Part shown: piece after piece, positions 39,624 through 50,669 of the stretch
How the letters are laid out: each line of letters opens with the position of its first letter
How positions within the stretch are numbered: position 1 is the stretch's first letter
NCBI GenBank assembly: GCA_963702205.1
Contig: OY969724.1
Coordinates: forward strand, 1,344,001-1,408,000
Length of the DNA: 64,000 bases
Direction: 5' to 3'
DNA from: an uncultured candidate division Zixibacteria bacterium
Lineage (GTDB): Bacteria > Zixibacteria > MSB-5A5 > GN15 > PGXB01
The notes under the pieces: generated by a model
Databases searched by the model: none
Seen by the model: the letters and a program-made list of their open reading frames with translations, nothing else
Told to the model about the DNA's origin: nothing
Made by a program: the position numbers and the translations under genes

Positions 39624-39741
39624 TCTTGGTCTCTTCCGTAGGTCGGGTTCTGAATCCCGTGTAACGGGATGAAAAACCCGACATCTTCGTATATTTCAGA
39701 ACGTCTTAATAGATTTGTATTACAAGAATCCCACCACTAAA

Positions 39742-39895
39742 GGGGCTTGTTGAAAAAGTGCACGGATGGTGCAAGAAGCAGGTCGGGTTTCGAGTGGAGC
39801 GAAGCGTAACGAGAAACCCGACAACAAGATGTCGGCTTTCTCTCCTGACTTCGTCAGGATTCGGAAGCCGACCTACTGGTTTTTCAACAAGCCCT
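39742..39895. mobile_element. MITE copy 1 (TIR GGGCTTGTTGAAAAA) carrying a REP doublet
   Basis: 15-bp TIRs; TAAA(G) duplicated on both sides; sits in the loop of CCCACCAC/GTGGTGGG; no recognisable transposase. Confidence 0.8.
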
Positions 39896-39937
39896 TAAAG
39901 TGGTGGGGCACCCAAAAAGTAGCGACTGTCTTAATTG

Positions 39938-41076
<1,139 letters not shown>

Positions 41077-41239
41077 ATTGCCAATATACAAGGGCAGAAC
41101 CCTTTCGAAGACCATGATCTTTTGAAGGGTAGTGGTTCTGCCATTTTTCTTTTTGTAAACCATTTGGCTTTTGGCAAGATGGCAGGAGCGCGTCGCTTCG
41201 CTTGGCTCCTGCCCTACGGGAAATTTATCTAATGCGCGA

Positions 41240-41599
41240 TTACTTGTACAATTCCGAGATATCGGCGAAGATGAGGTAGTCTTTGATACGCTCGCCTTTC
41301 ATTTTGAATATATTCGCAAACGGCACGGTCAAAGTGCTGTTGTCGTGACGGGTGTAGGTCACTATGCCGTGGCTGACAATGGCATTGTCAGCGCGCCAGA
41401 CGTCGTTGACACTGTGTTCGAGCGTTTTAATACTGGCGAAAAAGCCGCCGACCACTTCTTTGACATTGTCCCAGCCCTCAATCGGCTGTCCATTGCCGAA
41501 ACGGAATGTGACGTCCTCGGTCATAAACGTCATGAATTTATCGGTGTCGGAATTGTCAATGGCGTCGATCAGGTCTGGCATAAAGTCCGTTTTAATCAT
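41240..41599 (-). CDS. SnoaL-like / NTF2 family protein
   Basis: AAGGA SD, ATG 41599; FMTEDVTFRFGNG...G...IKDYLIFAD. Confidence 0.85.
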   Translation of the reverse strand: MIKTDFMPDLIDAIDNSDTDKFMTFMTEDVTFRFGNGQPIEGWDNVKEVVGGFFASIKTLEHSVNDVWRADNAIVSHGIVTYTRHDNSTLTVPFANIFKMKGERIKDYLIFADISELYK

Positions 41600-41777
41600 T
41601 CTAATTTCCTTTGTAAATTCTAAATTGATTGCAGAATTTACGTCGGACATTTCTTTCTGTTGGCATCAAAACCGGCGAATTTGACGGAATCCGAATTACC
41701 TGCCGTTATTGGATACTAATAGTCCTTTTGAAAAGGTCCGGAATGATTGATATTTTAATACTTGCAAAAAACATTAT

Positions 41778-41806
41778 TTGACAAAACCTTGTATCAAATA
41801 TATCCT
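41778..41806 (+). promoter_or_regulatory. sigma70-type promoter of the DUF4388 operon
   Basis: TTGACA-17 nt-TATCCT, then AGGAG SD and ATG 41834. Confidence 0.65.
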
Positions 41807-41833
41807 TAAGCCGAATGTAAATCAGGAGTACTC

Positions 41834-42691
41834 ATGGATCAGGCATTGCAGGGAAAAATTGGAAGGTTTACTCTTCCCGAGATATTTCAGTTGATCGCCA
41901 ATACCCAGAAATCGGGCACTCTCGGGATTCAGAAAGACGATGATATTGTCATGGTCTATTTCAAGAAGGGGCAGATTATTTATGCCTATGGACCACGGCA
42001 GACTTTTCATATCGGGCAGCTGCTCAAGGATCGCGGACGGATAACTCTCACCCAGCTCGACGAGGCCGTTTCCACCCAGACCAAAGTGAAGTCGTCCAAA
42101 AGATTGGGCAAGATTCTTCTGGAAAAGAAGTTTATCGACCGGGCCGACCTCGAAGAAGTTGTCCGTTCACAAATCGAAGAGCTGATATATTCGCTTCTGT
42201 CCTGGGAATCGGGGTCGTTCAAGTTTTATGAAAATCAATATCCGACCGATGAGGACATTACTGTCAGTCTGTCGGTGGAGAATGTTATTCTCGAAGGACT
42301 GCGCCGTCTCGATGAAATCAACCGCATCCGCGAGGCCATACCGGATTTTTCGCATGTGCTGACTATCACGCCCGCCCCACCGGAACGGAGGAAAGAAATT
42401 TCTCTCCAGAGCGAAGAATGGAATCTTCTGTCGCTGGTGAACGGCCGCCGCACTATCAGCGAAGTGGCCGATGCCTCGGACCTCCCGCGCATGGATGCTC
42501 TCGCCAAACTGGCCGCCCTCAAACTGGCGGGTCTGGTGGCCACGACCGACAGCCCCGACACCGAGTCCGACCGCCTGACCGCGATGGTCGACCGGGTGGC
42601 GGTGCTTCTCGAAGAATATCTGGAACGCAAGAGTCGACGGGTCAACCTGTCCGAACACACCTCGACCCGGACCATCGGAGAAGATCATTGA
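41834..42691 (+). CDS. DUF4388 domain protein with tandem MshEN-like repeats and C-terminal winged-helix-like region
   Basis: LQGKIGRFTLPEIFQLIA..KSGTL..VYFKKGQIIYA; LLSWESGSFKF; ILEGLRRLDE. Confidence 0.85.
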   Translation: MDQALQGKIGRFTLPEIFQLIANTQKSGTLGIQKDDDIVMVYFKKGQIIYAYGPRQTFHIGQLLKDRGRITLTQLDEAVSTQTKVKSSKRLGKILLEKKFIDRADLEEVVRSQIEELIYSLLSWESGSFKFYENQYPTDEDITVSLSVENVILEGLRRLDEINRIREAIPDFSHVLTITPAPPERRKEISLQSEEWNLLSLVNGRRTISEVADASDLPRMDALAKLAALKLAGLVATTDSPDTESDRLTAMVDRVAVLLEEYLERKSRRVNLSEHTSTRTIGEDH

Positions 42692-43332
42692 GCCGCGAAG
42701 AAACTCTTAAGAAACTGGAATCGACCCTGGAGAGTTTCATCTCGAGGGCCGTCAGCCATGAGGCCAGCCGTCTGGATACTGCCCGCAGTCTTGATACACT
42801 CGGCGAAATCGCCCAGGAATCTCTTCACGGTCGATATATAAACAATCGCCTGGCGCGGTGGATGTCGGAAAGCAAAAGATTCCTCGATACGGGACGATTC
42901 GACGGCGATAAGCTGTCCCAGATCGGTTCGCTATTCGCTGACATACAGACCGGGCTGGATATGGCCGACTCGGAGTCGAGGAAACTGTACGGCGAGATCG
43001 AAAATTGGAAGACAGCCGGTGCCGTCCCGAAGAGGAAGCTGGTCCTTAAAGCCCCGGCACCCGCGCCGACCTCGAACCTGCTCGACCTGTTTTTGCAGTA
43101 CATGAAAAATGAGCTTGAATACGTCGAAAACGAGAAAAAACGGCAGGGGCATATATTGACCATTCTCGACGACGCTCTTAAATCGGCCGAAGCCAAAACC
43201 GACCCGATGTATCTTCACCTGGCCGGTTCATTGATATATTTCATGAAAAGCAGGGGCTACAAGGTGGGACCGTTTGTTAAGCGGCTCAAAGACATAGAAC
43301 GCCTCAGACAGGGCCGGGAAAATGTCACCTGA
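42688..43332 (+). CDS. Hypothetical helical protein (214 aa)
   Basis: GGAG SD and TTG 42688 overlapping the upstream stop (TTGA); ORF 42418..43332 trimmed. Confidence 0.75.
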   Translation: MSREETLKKLESTLESFISRAVSHEASRLDTARSLDTLGEIAQESLHGRYINNRLARWMSESKRFLDTGRFDGDKLSQIGSLFADIQTGLDMADSESRKLYGEIENWKTAGAVPKRKLVLKAPAPAPTSNLLDLFLQYMKNELEYVENEKKRQGHILTILDDALKSAEAKTDPMYLHLAGSLIYFMKSRGYKVGPFVKRLKDIERLRQGRENVT

Positions 43333-43525
43333 TTCTGAAAAAGCCTATTACAAAGCGCTTCTGGCTTTGCAAAACCGGGATTTCGCGACCGCCTCCAGTT
43401 ATTTCAAGGCGGCACAAAATTTGGTTGCGGAGAACGCCGATTTGCGTATATTATCCGAGGCCACGGAGATTCTTCTGGCCGTAAAGGATGAATTGCGCGA
43501 ACTGGAACTGGTCAAAGAAAGTTAG
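43322..43525 (+). CDS. Small TPR-like helical protein
   Basis: Overlaps the upstream gene; AYYKALLALQNRDFATASSYFKAA resembles one TPR unit. Confidence 0.65.
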   Translation: MSPDSEKAYYKALLALQNRDFATASSYFKAAQNLVAENADLRILSEATEILLAVKDELRELELVKES

Positions 43526-43538
43526 AGGTTGATATAAG

Positions 43539-43724
43539 ATGGCCAAGAAACAAAGTTTTGCAGATAAGGCGTCGAAGAAAAAGCACGCGATGACCTGCCC
43601 GATTTGTCAGGGCGAAATAGCTTTTATCAAGTACGTCAAAGCGGAAAAATCAGAGGGCGGCTGGCGCTATCGGACCAACAACGTCGGCGTCTGCGAATGC
43701 AACCGCAAAGAGCTGTTCGGCTGA
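43539..43724 (+). CDS. Small basic Cys4 protein, possibly bL38/DUF4295-like ribosomal protein
   Basis: GAGG SD; MAKKQSFADKASKKK, CPIC...CEC; followed by a terminator. Confidence 0.7.
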   Translation: MAKKQSFADKASKKKHAMTCPICQGEIAFIKYVKAEKSEGGWRYRTNNVGVCECNRKELFG

Positions 43725-43749
43725 TTTAACGGCAAAGATTTAATATTAG

Positions 43750-43776
43750 TCCCGCCGGATGACGGCGGGATTTTTT
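43750..43776 (+). terminator. Intrinsic terminator
   Basis: TCCCGCCG-GATGA-CGGCGGGA-TTTTTT. Confidence 0.85.
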
Positions 43777-43792
43777 AATGGTTTTTTGGAAT

Positions 43793-46316
43793 ATGCAGCA
43801 CGTTCTCGAAGAAAAACTTTTTCCATTCGTAATTAAACCGGGGCAGTATACCGGCGGTGAACTGGGTCATATCGTCAAGTCGCCCGAAAATTGTCTCAAA
43901 TTCGCGCTCGGCTATCCCGACAAGTACGAAATCGGGATGTCGTATCTGGGCACGCAGATTCTCTATCATCTGATAAACAAAGACGACCGCTTTCTGTGCG
44001 AGAGGTTTTTTGCGTTCGATACCGACGCCGAAGCGATAATGCGGCGAGAAAAAATTCCGGCCTTCACGCTCGAATCGCACCGGTCGCTCGGAGAGTACAG
44101 ACATAGTCGGGTTTACGCTCGCCTATGAGATGGTTTATACGAACCTCCTGAATATTCTCGACCTGGCCGGAATTCCTCTGAGAGCGAAAGATCGGAATGA
44201 TAAGCACCCTCTGATAATCGCCGGAGGGCCGGTGGTCAATAACCCGGAACCGTCGGCAGAATTCATTGACCTTTTTTATATCGGTGACGCCGAAGACAAT
44301 ATCATACGCATTTGTGAGATCGTGCAGGAATCAAAAGAGTTGTCCCGGGAAGAAAAGCTGCTTCGTCTGGCTCGCGACGTGCCCTCGGTGTATGTCCCGG
44401 CCTTTTATGACGCCGCGACCAAAAAGCCTCTGCACGATGATCTTCCGACAGTTATAAAAAACAACAAAATATCGAAACTCGAACGGCGGTTGTATCCCGA
44501 TCAGCCGATTGTACCATACATTGATACCGTCCACAGTCGCCTGACCGTGGAAATCATGCGCGGTTGCCCCTGGAACTGCCGCTTCTGCCAGGCCTGCGCG
44601 GTTTATCGGCCGGTGCGGGTGCGCCCGGCTTATGATATAATCAGCCAGGTCAATACCGGACTGCGTAAGACGGGGTATGATGAAGTCTCGCTTTTGTCTC
44701 TGTCGTCGGCCGATCATCCCGAAATAGAATCTTTGACGCTCAAACTTTCACGGGAGCTTCAGAGCAAACGGATCGCCCTCGCGTTTCCGTCGATGCGCCC
44801 CGGAACCTTCACGCAGGAGCTGGCCACGGCGGCCAAAACCTCCCGCAAGACCGGGCTCACGTTCGCACCAGAGGCCGGCACCGAGCGGCTGCGGGCGTTT
44901 ATACGGAAAAATATTACGGACCAAGCGCTGTATGATACAATCGAGCTGGCCTTCCGCAACGAATGGAATCTGGTCAAGCTGTATTTCATGGTCGGTTTGC
45001 CGACCGAAACCGATGAGGATATCGACGGGATCGTTAGCATGATAAACAAGGTTTGCCGTATCGCCGCCGGTCATAAAGGCAAACGAGCTCTAAACATCAC
45101 ACTGTTGCCGTTTTCACCGAAACCGCACACGCCGCTTCAATGGGATGCCCAGCCGCACCCGGATGAAATTGCCCGCAAGATCGACCGCATCAAAAGATCG
45201 GTAAAAAACAGCTTTGTCAATTTCAAGGAGCACGACAACCGTCTGGCGTTTTTGGAAGGCATCATCGGGCGCTCGGATAGGAGCATGGCCGATGTCATCG
45301 AAACCGCTTTTAAAGCCGGGGCGCGTTTCGACGGCTGGTCGGAAAATTTCGATTTTGATCTCTGGATGCAAGCTTTTAAGGCCTGCGGTGTCGATCCTCA
45401 CGGTCTTTTGAAAGAAAGATCGTTTTCGGAAAGGCTGCCCTGGGAGCATATCGAGCTTTCGGTCTCGAACGAGCATTTAAAGAAACAAAGGGGGCTGTCG
45501 TCGGAGATTCTTAAGGACCCATCCGCTCCCAAACTCAAGCCGGAACCGGGCAACAGTCCTGCAAACGATGATTCCGCCTTCGGCCGTTCCACCAAAAAAG
45601 TCATCAAAGCCTCATCGGTGGCGCCGACCAAAAACTTTGTCAGAATAAAATGGGGCCGCAAAGGTCTGACCCGCTTTTTGTCTCATCTTGACAATCTGCG
45701 TACTATCGAGCGGGCGATAAGGCGAGCCTCGGTACCGGTGGCGTATTCGCAGGGGTTTCATCCGCACATGAAATTATCGTTCGGGCCGTCGCTGACCCTG
45801 GGGCACAGTTCCGAAGCCGAATATTTCGATATGACCCTCGAAAATCCGTTCCGGGCGGATATTGTCGCCCGGCTGAACGAAGCTCTGCCCGGAGGCTTTT
45901 ATGTCGCTTCGGCGCGAGCGCTGTTTAACGACAAAGTATCGCTCAATAGCCGTATCAATCGGGCGATCTATGAAGTCGAATTAGCGCGCGGAAAGGATGT
46001 GCAAAAGGCGCTGGACGAATTATTAAACCGTGAAGCCGTGCAAATCGAACGCGAGAAAAAGGACGGCATAGTTGTGATCGATATTCGCCCGGCTGTTTAT
46101 GATCTGGTCTATTCTGACGAAAATATAAACAACCCCGATAAGGGCTTGATAACGATGACTCTCGGAATCGGAACCGGCGGATACGCCCGGCCCAATGAAG
46201 TGTTGGTGGCTTCCGGACTGGTGGATGCATTCGGTGTTTTGGCTTTGAAAATACACCGGAAGGCACTTTTCAATGAAGACACAGGCGGTGATCGCCGGGA
46301 TCCGATGGAATTTTAA
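43793..46316 (+). pseudogene. B12-binding radical SAM protein (TIGR03960-like) fused to a TIGR03936/DUF2344-like domain, split by a +1 frameshift at 44099
   Basis: N-part KPGQYTGGE...PDKYEIGMS...LESHRSLGEY continues as DIVGFTLAYEMVYTN if one A is removed; RGCPWNCRFCQA; C-terminal RFLSHLD...AYSQGFHPH. Confidence 0.8.
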
Positions 46317-46319
46317 ATA

Positions 46320-47684
46320 ATGACCGAAACCGAAGAAAAAAAATATGACCCGGTAAGAGCGGCCGCGATGGACATCATCGGCGAAGCCGACAAGCTCCGT
46401 CGCAACGCCGATGAGATAATCATTGATTTTCTGCACCGCAATAAATTCGATGCGCGGGATGTAAGGTTTTTGCGGCAGTTGGTCCACGGTTCGATCAAGC
46501 TTAAAAGACGTTTGGACCATGACATCCGATTTTACCTGAGCCGACCTTCGGAAAAGCTGCCGATTCGTCTTCAGGCTATATTGAGGCTGGGGTTTTATCA
46601 GCTGTTTTTCACGGACCGAATTCCCGAAGCCGCAATCGTCTCCGAATCGGTCAACCTCGCCCGTCATTTTGTCGATCAGGCGCGAGCCCGACTGGTCAAC
46701 GCCGTCCTCCGGTCGGCTATACGCAACCCCCAGCGCAGGGTTTTTATCGATCCGCACGATAATCCCGTCAAGTACCTGGCCGATTATTATTCGTACCCCG
46801 ACTGGTTCGTGGAGTACTGCCTGACCGAGTTCAAGTTCGAGGCTACCGAAAAGTTTCTGAGTGAGATGAACAAGCCGCCCTATCTGGCTTTCCGGGCCAA
46901 TCATGTCAAGGTTAAGCCCGAGGAAATCGCCGAACTCCTGAAAAAACAAAACATAGATTATGAGCCGGGTCGATATTTAAAAGAATTTTTCTGCACTCGC
47001 CAGACTCATGAGATGTTCGACAAACTCGTTGCCGAGGGAAAGATTTATATCCAGGATGAATCGGCCGGACTTCCGATTCGGCTGATGAATCCCAAACCGG
47101 GAATGCGCGTCCTCGATCTGGCCGCGGCTCCCGGTGGCAAAGCCAGTTACGCGGCGGTTCGTATGCGCAACGAGGGTCTGGTTGCGGCGGTGGATCGCTC
47201 CCGCCCGCGTCTGAAAATCCTGGCTCAAAACTGCAAAACGATGGGGATCAAGATTATCAGCCCGATCCATGCCGACAACCTTGAGTTCTCCGCCGAGCCG
47301 TTCGACCGGGTGATCCTCGACGCCCCCTGCACCGGTTGGGGCAACGCCGGAAAACACAGCGACCTGCGCTGGATCAAGACCCCCGATGACGTCGAACAGC
47401 TTCACAAGATACAAAGCATGATGATCGATAAAGCCGCCAAGTTGGTCCGTCCCGGCGGTATACTGGTCTATTCGACCTGCACGGTACTGAGAAAAGAAAA
47501 CGACGAGGTAGTCGAGGAATTTCTGCTGCGCCGTAAAGATTTCGTGCTGGAATCGGCCAGGAAATATTTCGGCGACGATATCGTCTCCGAGCGGGGGTTT
47601 GTCAAAACCTATCCGGCGGTCGACGGCATGTCCGGGTCATTTGCGGCCCGTCTCAAGAAAACCAGGAATCCGCAAAATAATTAG
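46320..47684 (+). CDS. rsmB: 16S rRNA m5C967 methyltransferase RsmB/Sun
   Basis: NusB-like N-terminus (LRLGFYQL, VNAVLR); LDLAAAPGGK, DAPCTG, LVYSTCT. Confidence 0.93.
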   Translation: MTETEEKKYDPVRAAAMDIIGEADKLRRNADEIIIDFLHRNKFDARDVRFLRQLVHGSIKLKRRLDHDIRFYLSRPSEKLPIRLQAILRLGFYQLFFTDRIPEAAIVSESVNLARHFVDQARARLVNAVLRSAIRNPQRRVFIDPHDNPVKYLADYYSYPDWFVEYCLTEFKFEATEKFLSEMNKPPYLAFRANHVKVKPEEIAELLKKQNIDYEPGRYLKEFFCTRQTHEMFDKLVAEGKIYIQDESAGLPIRLMNPKPGMRVLDLAAAPGGKASYAAVRMRNEGLVAAVDRSRPRLKILAQNCKTMGIKIISPIHADNLEFSAEPFDRVILDAPCTGWGNAGKHSDLRWIKTPDDVEQLHKIQSMMIDKAAKLVRPGGILVYSTCTVLRKENDEVVEEFLLRRKDFVLESARKYFGDDIVSERGFVKTYPAVDGMSGSFAARLKKTRNPQNN

Positions 47685-47718
47685 TGCTCTTTCGATTTCA
47701 AGGTTGTAAAATAGTCAG

Positions 47719-48516
47719 ATGACTATGGAGCAATCTCAAAAAAAATCGCGATTCGACAGATTTAAAACCAAACTGCTGACGGATAAACGCCTTCATCGCA
47801 AATTATTGTTTTTCACTTTGGTGCCGCTTGCGGTGCTGATCGTGCTGTATCTTCTCATGGACGACATCGTGATGCCGATCATAACCCGCCACGGCTCCGA
47901 GTTCGAACTACCCGACATAACCGGCTATGAATACAAGGACGCCGAGTATATTCTGGAGAAGCTCGGTCTCAAAATGGAAGTGACCTCGGAGGAATACCAT
48001 CCTGACAAACCCGAAGGCACGATACTGTCGCAATATCCTCCGGCCCTGACCAAGGTCAAGTCGGGTCGGACGATCAAAGTTGTCAGGTCGAGTGGGCAGA
48101 AGATGGTCCAGATCCCGCAGTTGGCCGGTTTTTCGGTTCGTCAGGCCAAGCTCAATATCGAGGCGGCCGGTCTGGAACTGGGTGATATCGCCTGGACTTT
48201 TTCCGACAGCCTGCCCGAGAGGGTGGTCGTGTTTTCATACCCGGCCTCGGGGACGGAAATCCCCCATGGCTCGCGCGTGAATCTTATGGTCAACCGCGGA
48301 CGGTTATCGGGCATCGTCTTTATGCCGCAACTGGTTGGCAAATCCTACGATGAAGCGGAAGAAACCCTGAAAAAACTGGGATTAAAAATCGGGCTGGTGA
48401 CGCACGTCCGCAACGAAAATTACCTGCCCGGAACGGTGCTGGAGCAATCGGCCGAACAGGCCACGGAACTTGAAGTGGGCGAGGAAATCGACCTGATCGT
48501 CTCCACGACCGAATAA
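47719..48516 (+). CDS. Membrane-anchored triple PASTA domain protein
   Basis: One TM, then three repeats starting LPDITG, IPQLAG, MPQLVG. Confidence 0.88.
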   Translation: MTMEQSQKKSRFDRFKTKLLTDKRLHRKLLFFTLVPLAVLIVLYLLMDDIVMPIITRHGSEFELPDITGYEYKDAEYILEKLGLKMEVTSEEYHPDKPEGTILSQYPPALTKVKSGRTIKVVRSSGQKMVQIPQLAGFSVRQAKLNIEAAGLELGDIAWTFSDSLPERVVVFSYPASGTEIPHGSRVNLMVNRGRLSGIVFMPQLVGKSYDEAEETLKKLGLKIGLVTHVRNENYLPGTVLEQSAEQATELEVGEEIDLIVSTTE

Positions 48517-48521
48517 ATAAT

Positions 48522-49229
48522 ATGATCAAACTGGCTCCGTCCATACTGGCTGCCGATTTTTCCCGGCTCGGTGAAGAAATAAAAGACACCGAACGTGCCG
48601 GGGCGGATATGATTCATCTTGACATCATGGACGGGCATTTTGTCCCCAATATATCTTTCGGAGGAGCGATTTCCAAAATGTCGAAATCGGTCTGTTCCCT
48701 GCCGCACGACGCCCATCTTATGGTGACCGACCCGGAAAATTATTTCGATGAGTTTGTTGAAATCGGGATCGAACATATAAGTTTCCATTTGGAACTGGAC
48801 TGTCCTAGCCGCGACCTCGGTCCCGGCCGGTGGGTTTATTCTGTCAGGGATAAGGTGAACAGCAACCGAATCGTTGAGAATATCGACTATCTTAAAAGCG
48901 CCGGTGTCAAGGCCGGCCTGGTGGTTAATCCGCCGACCGATTTACGGCATGTGATGCCCTTTTTGGACAAGATCGATCTGTTGCTTTTGATGTCGGTCAA
49001 CCCCGGTTTTTCCGGGCAGGCCTTAATATCCGACGTCTATGATCGGATCAAAATCTGTAATATCTATCGTCTGAAAAACGATCTCGGGTTCGAAATCATG
49101 GTTGACGGCGGGGTCGACCTGAATAATGCCGGAAACCTTGCCGAAGCCGGGGCGGATATCCTGGTCAGCGGTTCCTCGTTCTACCATGCGCCCGACCGGG
49201 CAGAGTTTGTTCGCCAAATAAAAGCGTAG
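48522..49229 (+). CDS. rpe: Ribulose-phosphate 3-epimerase
   Basis: LAPSILAADF, HLDIMDGHFVPN, MSVNPGFSGQ, VDGG. Confidence 0.95.
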   Translation: MIKLAPSILAADFSRLGEEIKDTERAGADMIHLDIMDGHFVPNISFGGAISKMSKSVCSLPHDAHLMVTDPENYFDEFVEIGIEHISFHLELDCPSRDLGPGRWVYSVRDKVNSNRIVENIDYLKSAGVKAGLVVNPPTDLRHVMPFLDKIDLLLLMSVNPGFSGQALISDVYDRIKICNIYRLKNDLGFEIMVDGGVDLNNAGNLAEAGADILVSGSSFYHAPDRAEFVRQIKA

Positions 49230-49313
49230 AAAATCCCTTGCGATTTCGGCCCGATTTTCTATATTTCTAAGCTCCAACGGGGTGAGGTATGCCCTATAGA
49301 GTGGTTTTAAGTT

Positions 49314-50642
49314 ATGTTTGGTGAATTAGTTGACAGATTCGACGGGATTTTCAAGAAGCTTCGCGGCGCCGGGAAGTTGTCGGAGAAGAACATCCGCGAT
49401 TCCCTGCGCGAAGTACGCCGGGCGCTTCTTGAAGCCGACGTCAATTACAAGGTCGTCAAAGATTTTATCGCGCAGGTGGAATCATTGGCGGTCGGCGAGA
49501 AAGTCCTCAAGTCGATTGAGCCGGGTCAGCAGATTGTCAAGATCGTGCACGACGAACTGGTCAATCTCCTGGGACGGACAGCCGAACCACTGGCGGCGAT
49601 AGATAAAACGCCGACCGTATATATGTTGTGCGGCCTGCAGGGTTCGGGCAAAACAACTTTGGCCGGGAAAATCGCGCTCGACGCCAAACGCAAAAAGAAG
49701 AAACCGCTTCTGGTGGCGGCCGATATTTATCGCCCGGCGGCAGTCAAGCAGTTGACTTTACTGGGTGAGTCGATCGACGCCGAAGTGTTCTCGCTTGATG
49801 GCAAGAAGCCGCCCGAGATTTGCTCCGAGGCCAAAAAATACGCCGAGAAAAATTTTATCGACCTGGTGATTCTCGATACGGCCGGACGGCTGCATATCGA
49901 TGAAGAACTCATGGTTGAACTGGAGCGGATAAAAGAAAGAGTCGCGCCCGATGAAATACTGCTTGTCGCCGATTCCATGACCGGACAGGACGCCGTCACG
50001 CTGGCCGAGCAGTTCCACAACCGTCTGACTATCACCGGGGTGGCGTTGACCAAACTCGATGGCGACGCCCGGGGCGGGGCAGCCATCTCGATAAGAGCCG
50101 TCACCGGCTGCCCGATCAAGCTGGCGTCAATCGGGGAGAAGCTTTCTGATTTGGAGGAGTTTCATCCCGACCGCATGGCCTCGCGCATCCTCGGTATGGG
50201 CGATATCGTGACGCTGGTCGAGAAGGCGCAGGGTGCGGTCAATGAGGAACAAGCGGTCAAGCTGGCCGAGAAAATAAAGAAAAATACATTTACGCTGGAA
50301 GATTTTCAGGACCAGATGCAGCAACTCAAGAAAATGGGACCGCTCGAATCGATTCTCGGCATGATCCCCGGGGTCGGCAAGGCCCTCAAGGGCGTGCAGA
50401 TCGACGAGCGCAATCTCCTGCGGGTCGAGGCGATAATCCAGTCAATGACGCCGTACGAACGGCAGAACCCGCAGATGATCGACGGCAGCCGCAAGAAGCG
50501 GATCGCTCTGGGTTCCGGTAATTCGGTGCAGGACGTCAACAACCTGCTCAAACAGTTTCTGGCCATGAAGAAAATGATGAAAAATATGGGAAAATTCAAA
50601 TTAAAGGGTATTCCGAAGGGGTCGTTGCCTTTTCAGATGTAA
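49314..50642 (+). CDS. ffh: Signal recognition particle protein Ffh
   Basis: GLQGSGKTT, DTAGR, TKLDGDARGGAA, RILGMGD, M domain. Confidence 0.97.
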   Translation: MFGELVDRFDGIFKKLRGAGKLSEKNIRDSLREVRRALLEADVNYKVVKDFIAQVESLAVGEKVLKSIEPGQQIVKIVHDELVNLLGRTAEPLAAIDKTPTVYMLCGLQGSGKTTLAGKIALDAKRKKKKPLLVAADIYRPAAVKQLTLLGESIDAEVFSLDGKKPPEICSEAKKYAEKNFIDLVILDTAGRLHIDEELMVELERIKERVAPDEILLVADSMTGQDAVTLAEQFHNRLTITGVALTKLDGDARGGAAISIRAVTGCPIKLASIGEKLSDLEEFHPDRMASRILGMGDIVTLVEKAQGAVNEEQAVKLAEKIKKNTFTLEDFQDQMQQLKKMGPLESILGMIPGVGKALKGVQIDERNLLRVEAIIQSMTPYERQNPQMIDGSRKKRIALGSGNSVQDVNNLLKQFLAMKKMMKNMGKFKLKGIPKGSLPFQM

Positions 50643-50669
50643 TACCTGTGCAATCAAAGGAGAATTAAC

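Noticed and set aside
42418..42687. N-terminal extension of ORF 42418..43332
   Set aside because: Overlaps the DUF4388 gene out of frame; SD plus TTG at 42688 is a better start
44090..44132. Programmed ribosomal frameshift
   Set aside because: No slippery heptamer, hungry-codon context or stimulatory structure evident
49230..49313. SRP RNA next to ffh
   Set aside because: Too short and lacks the conserved domain IV motif
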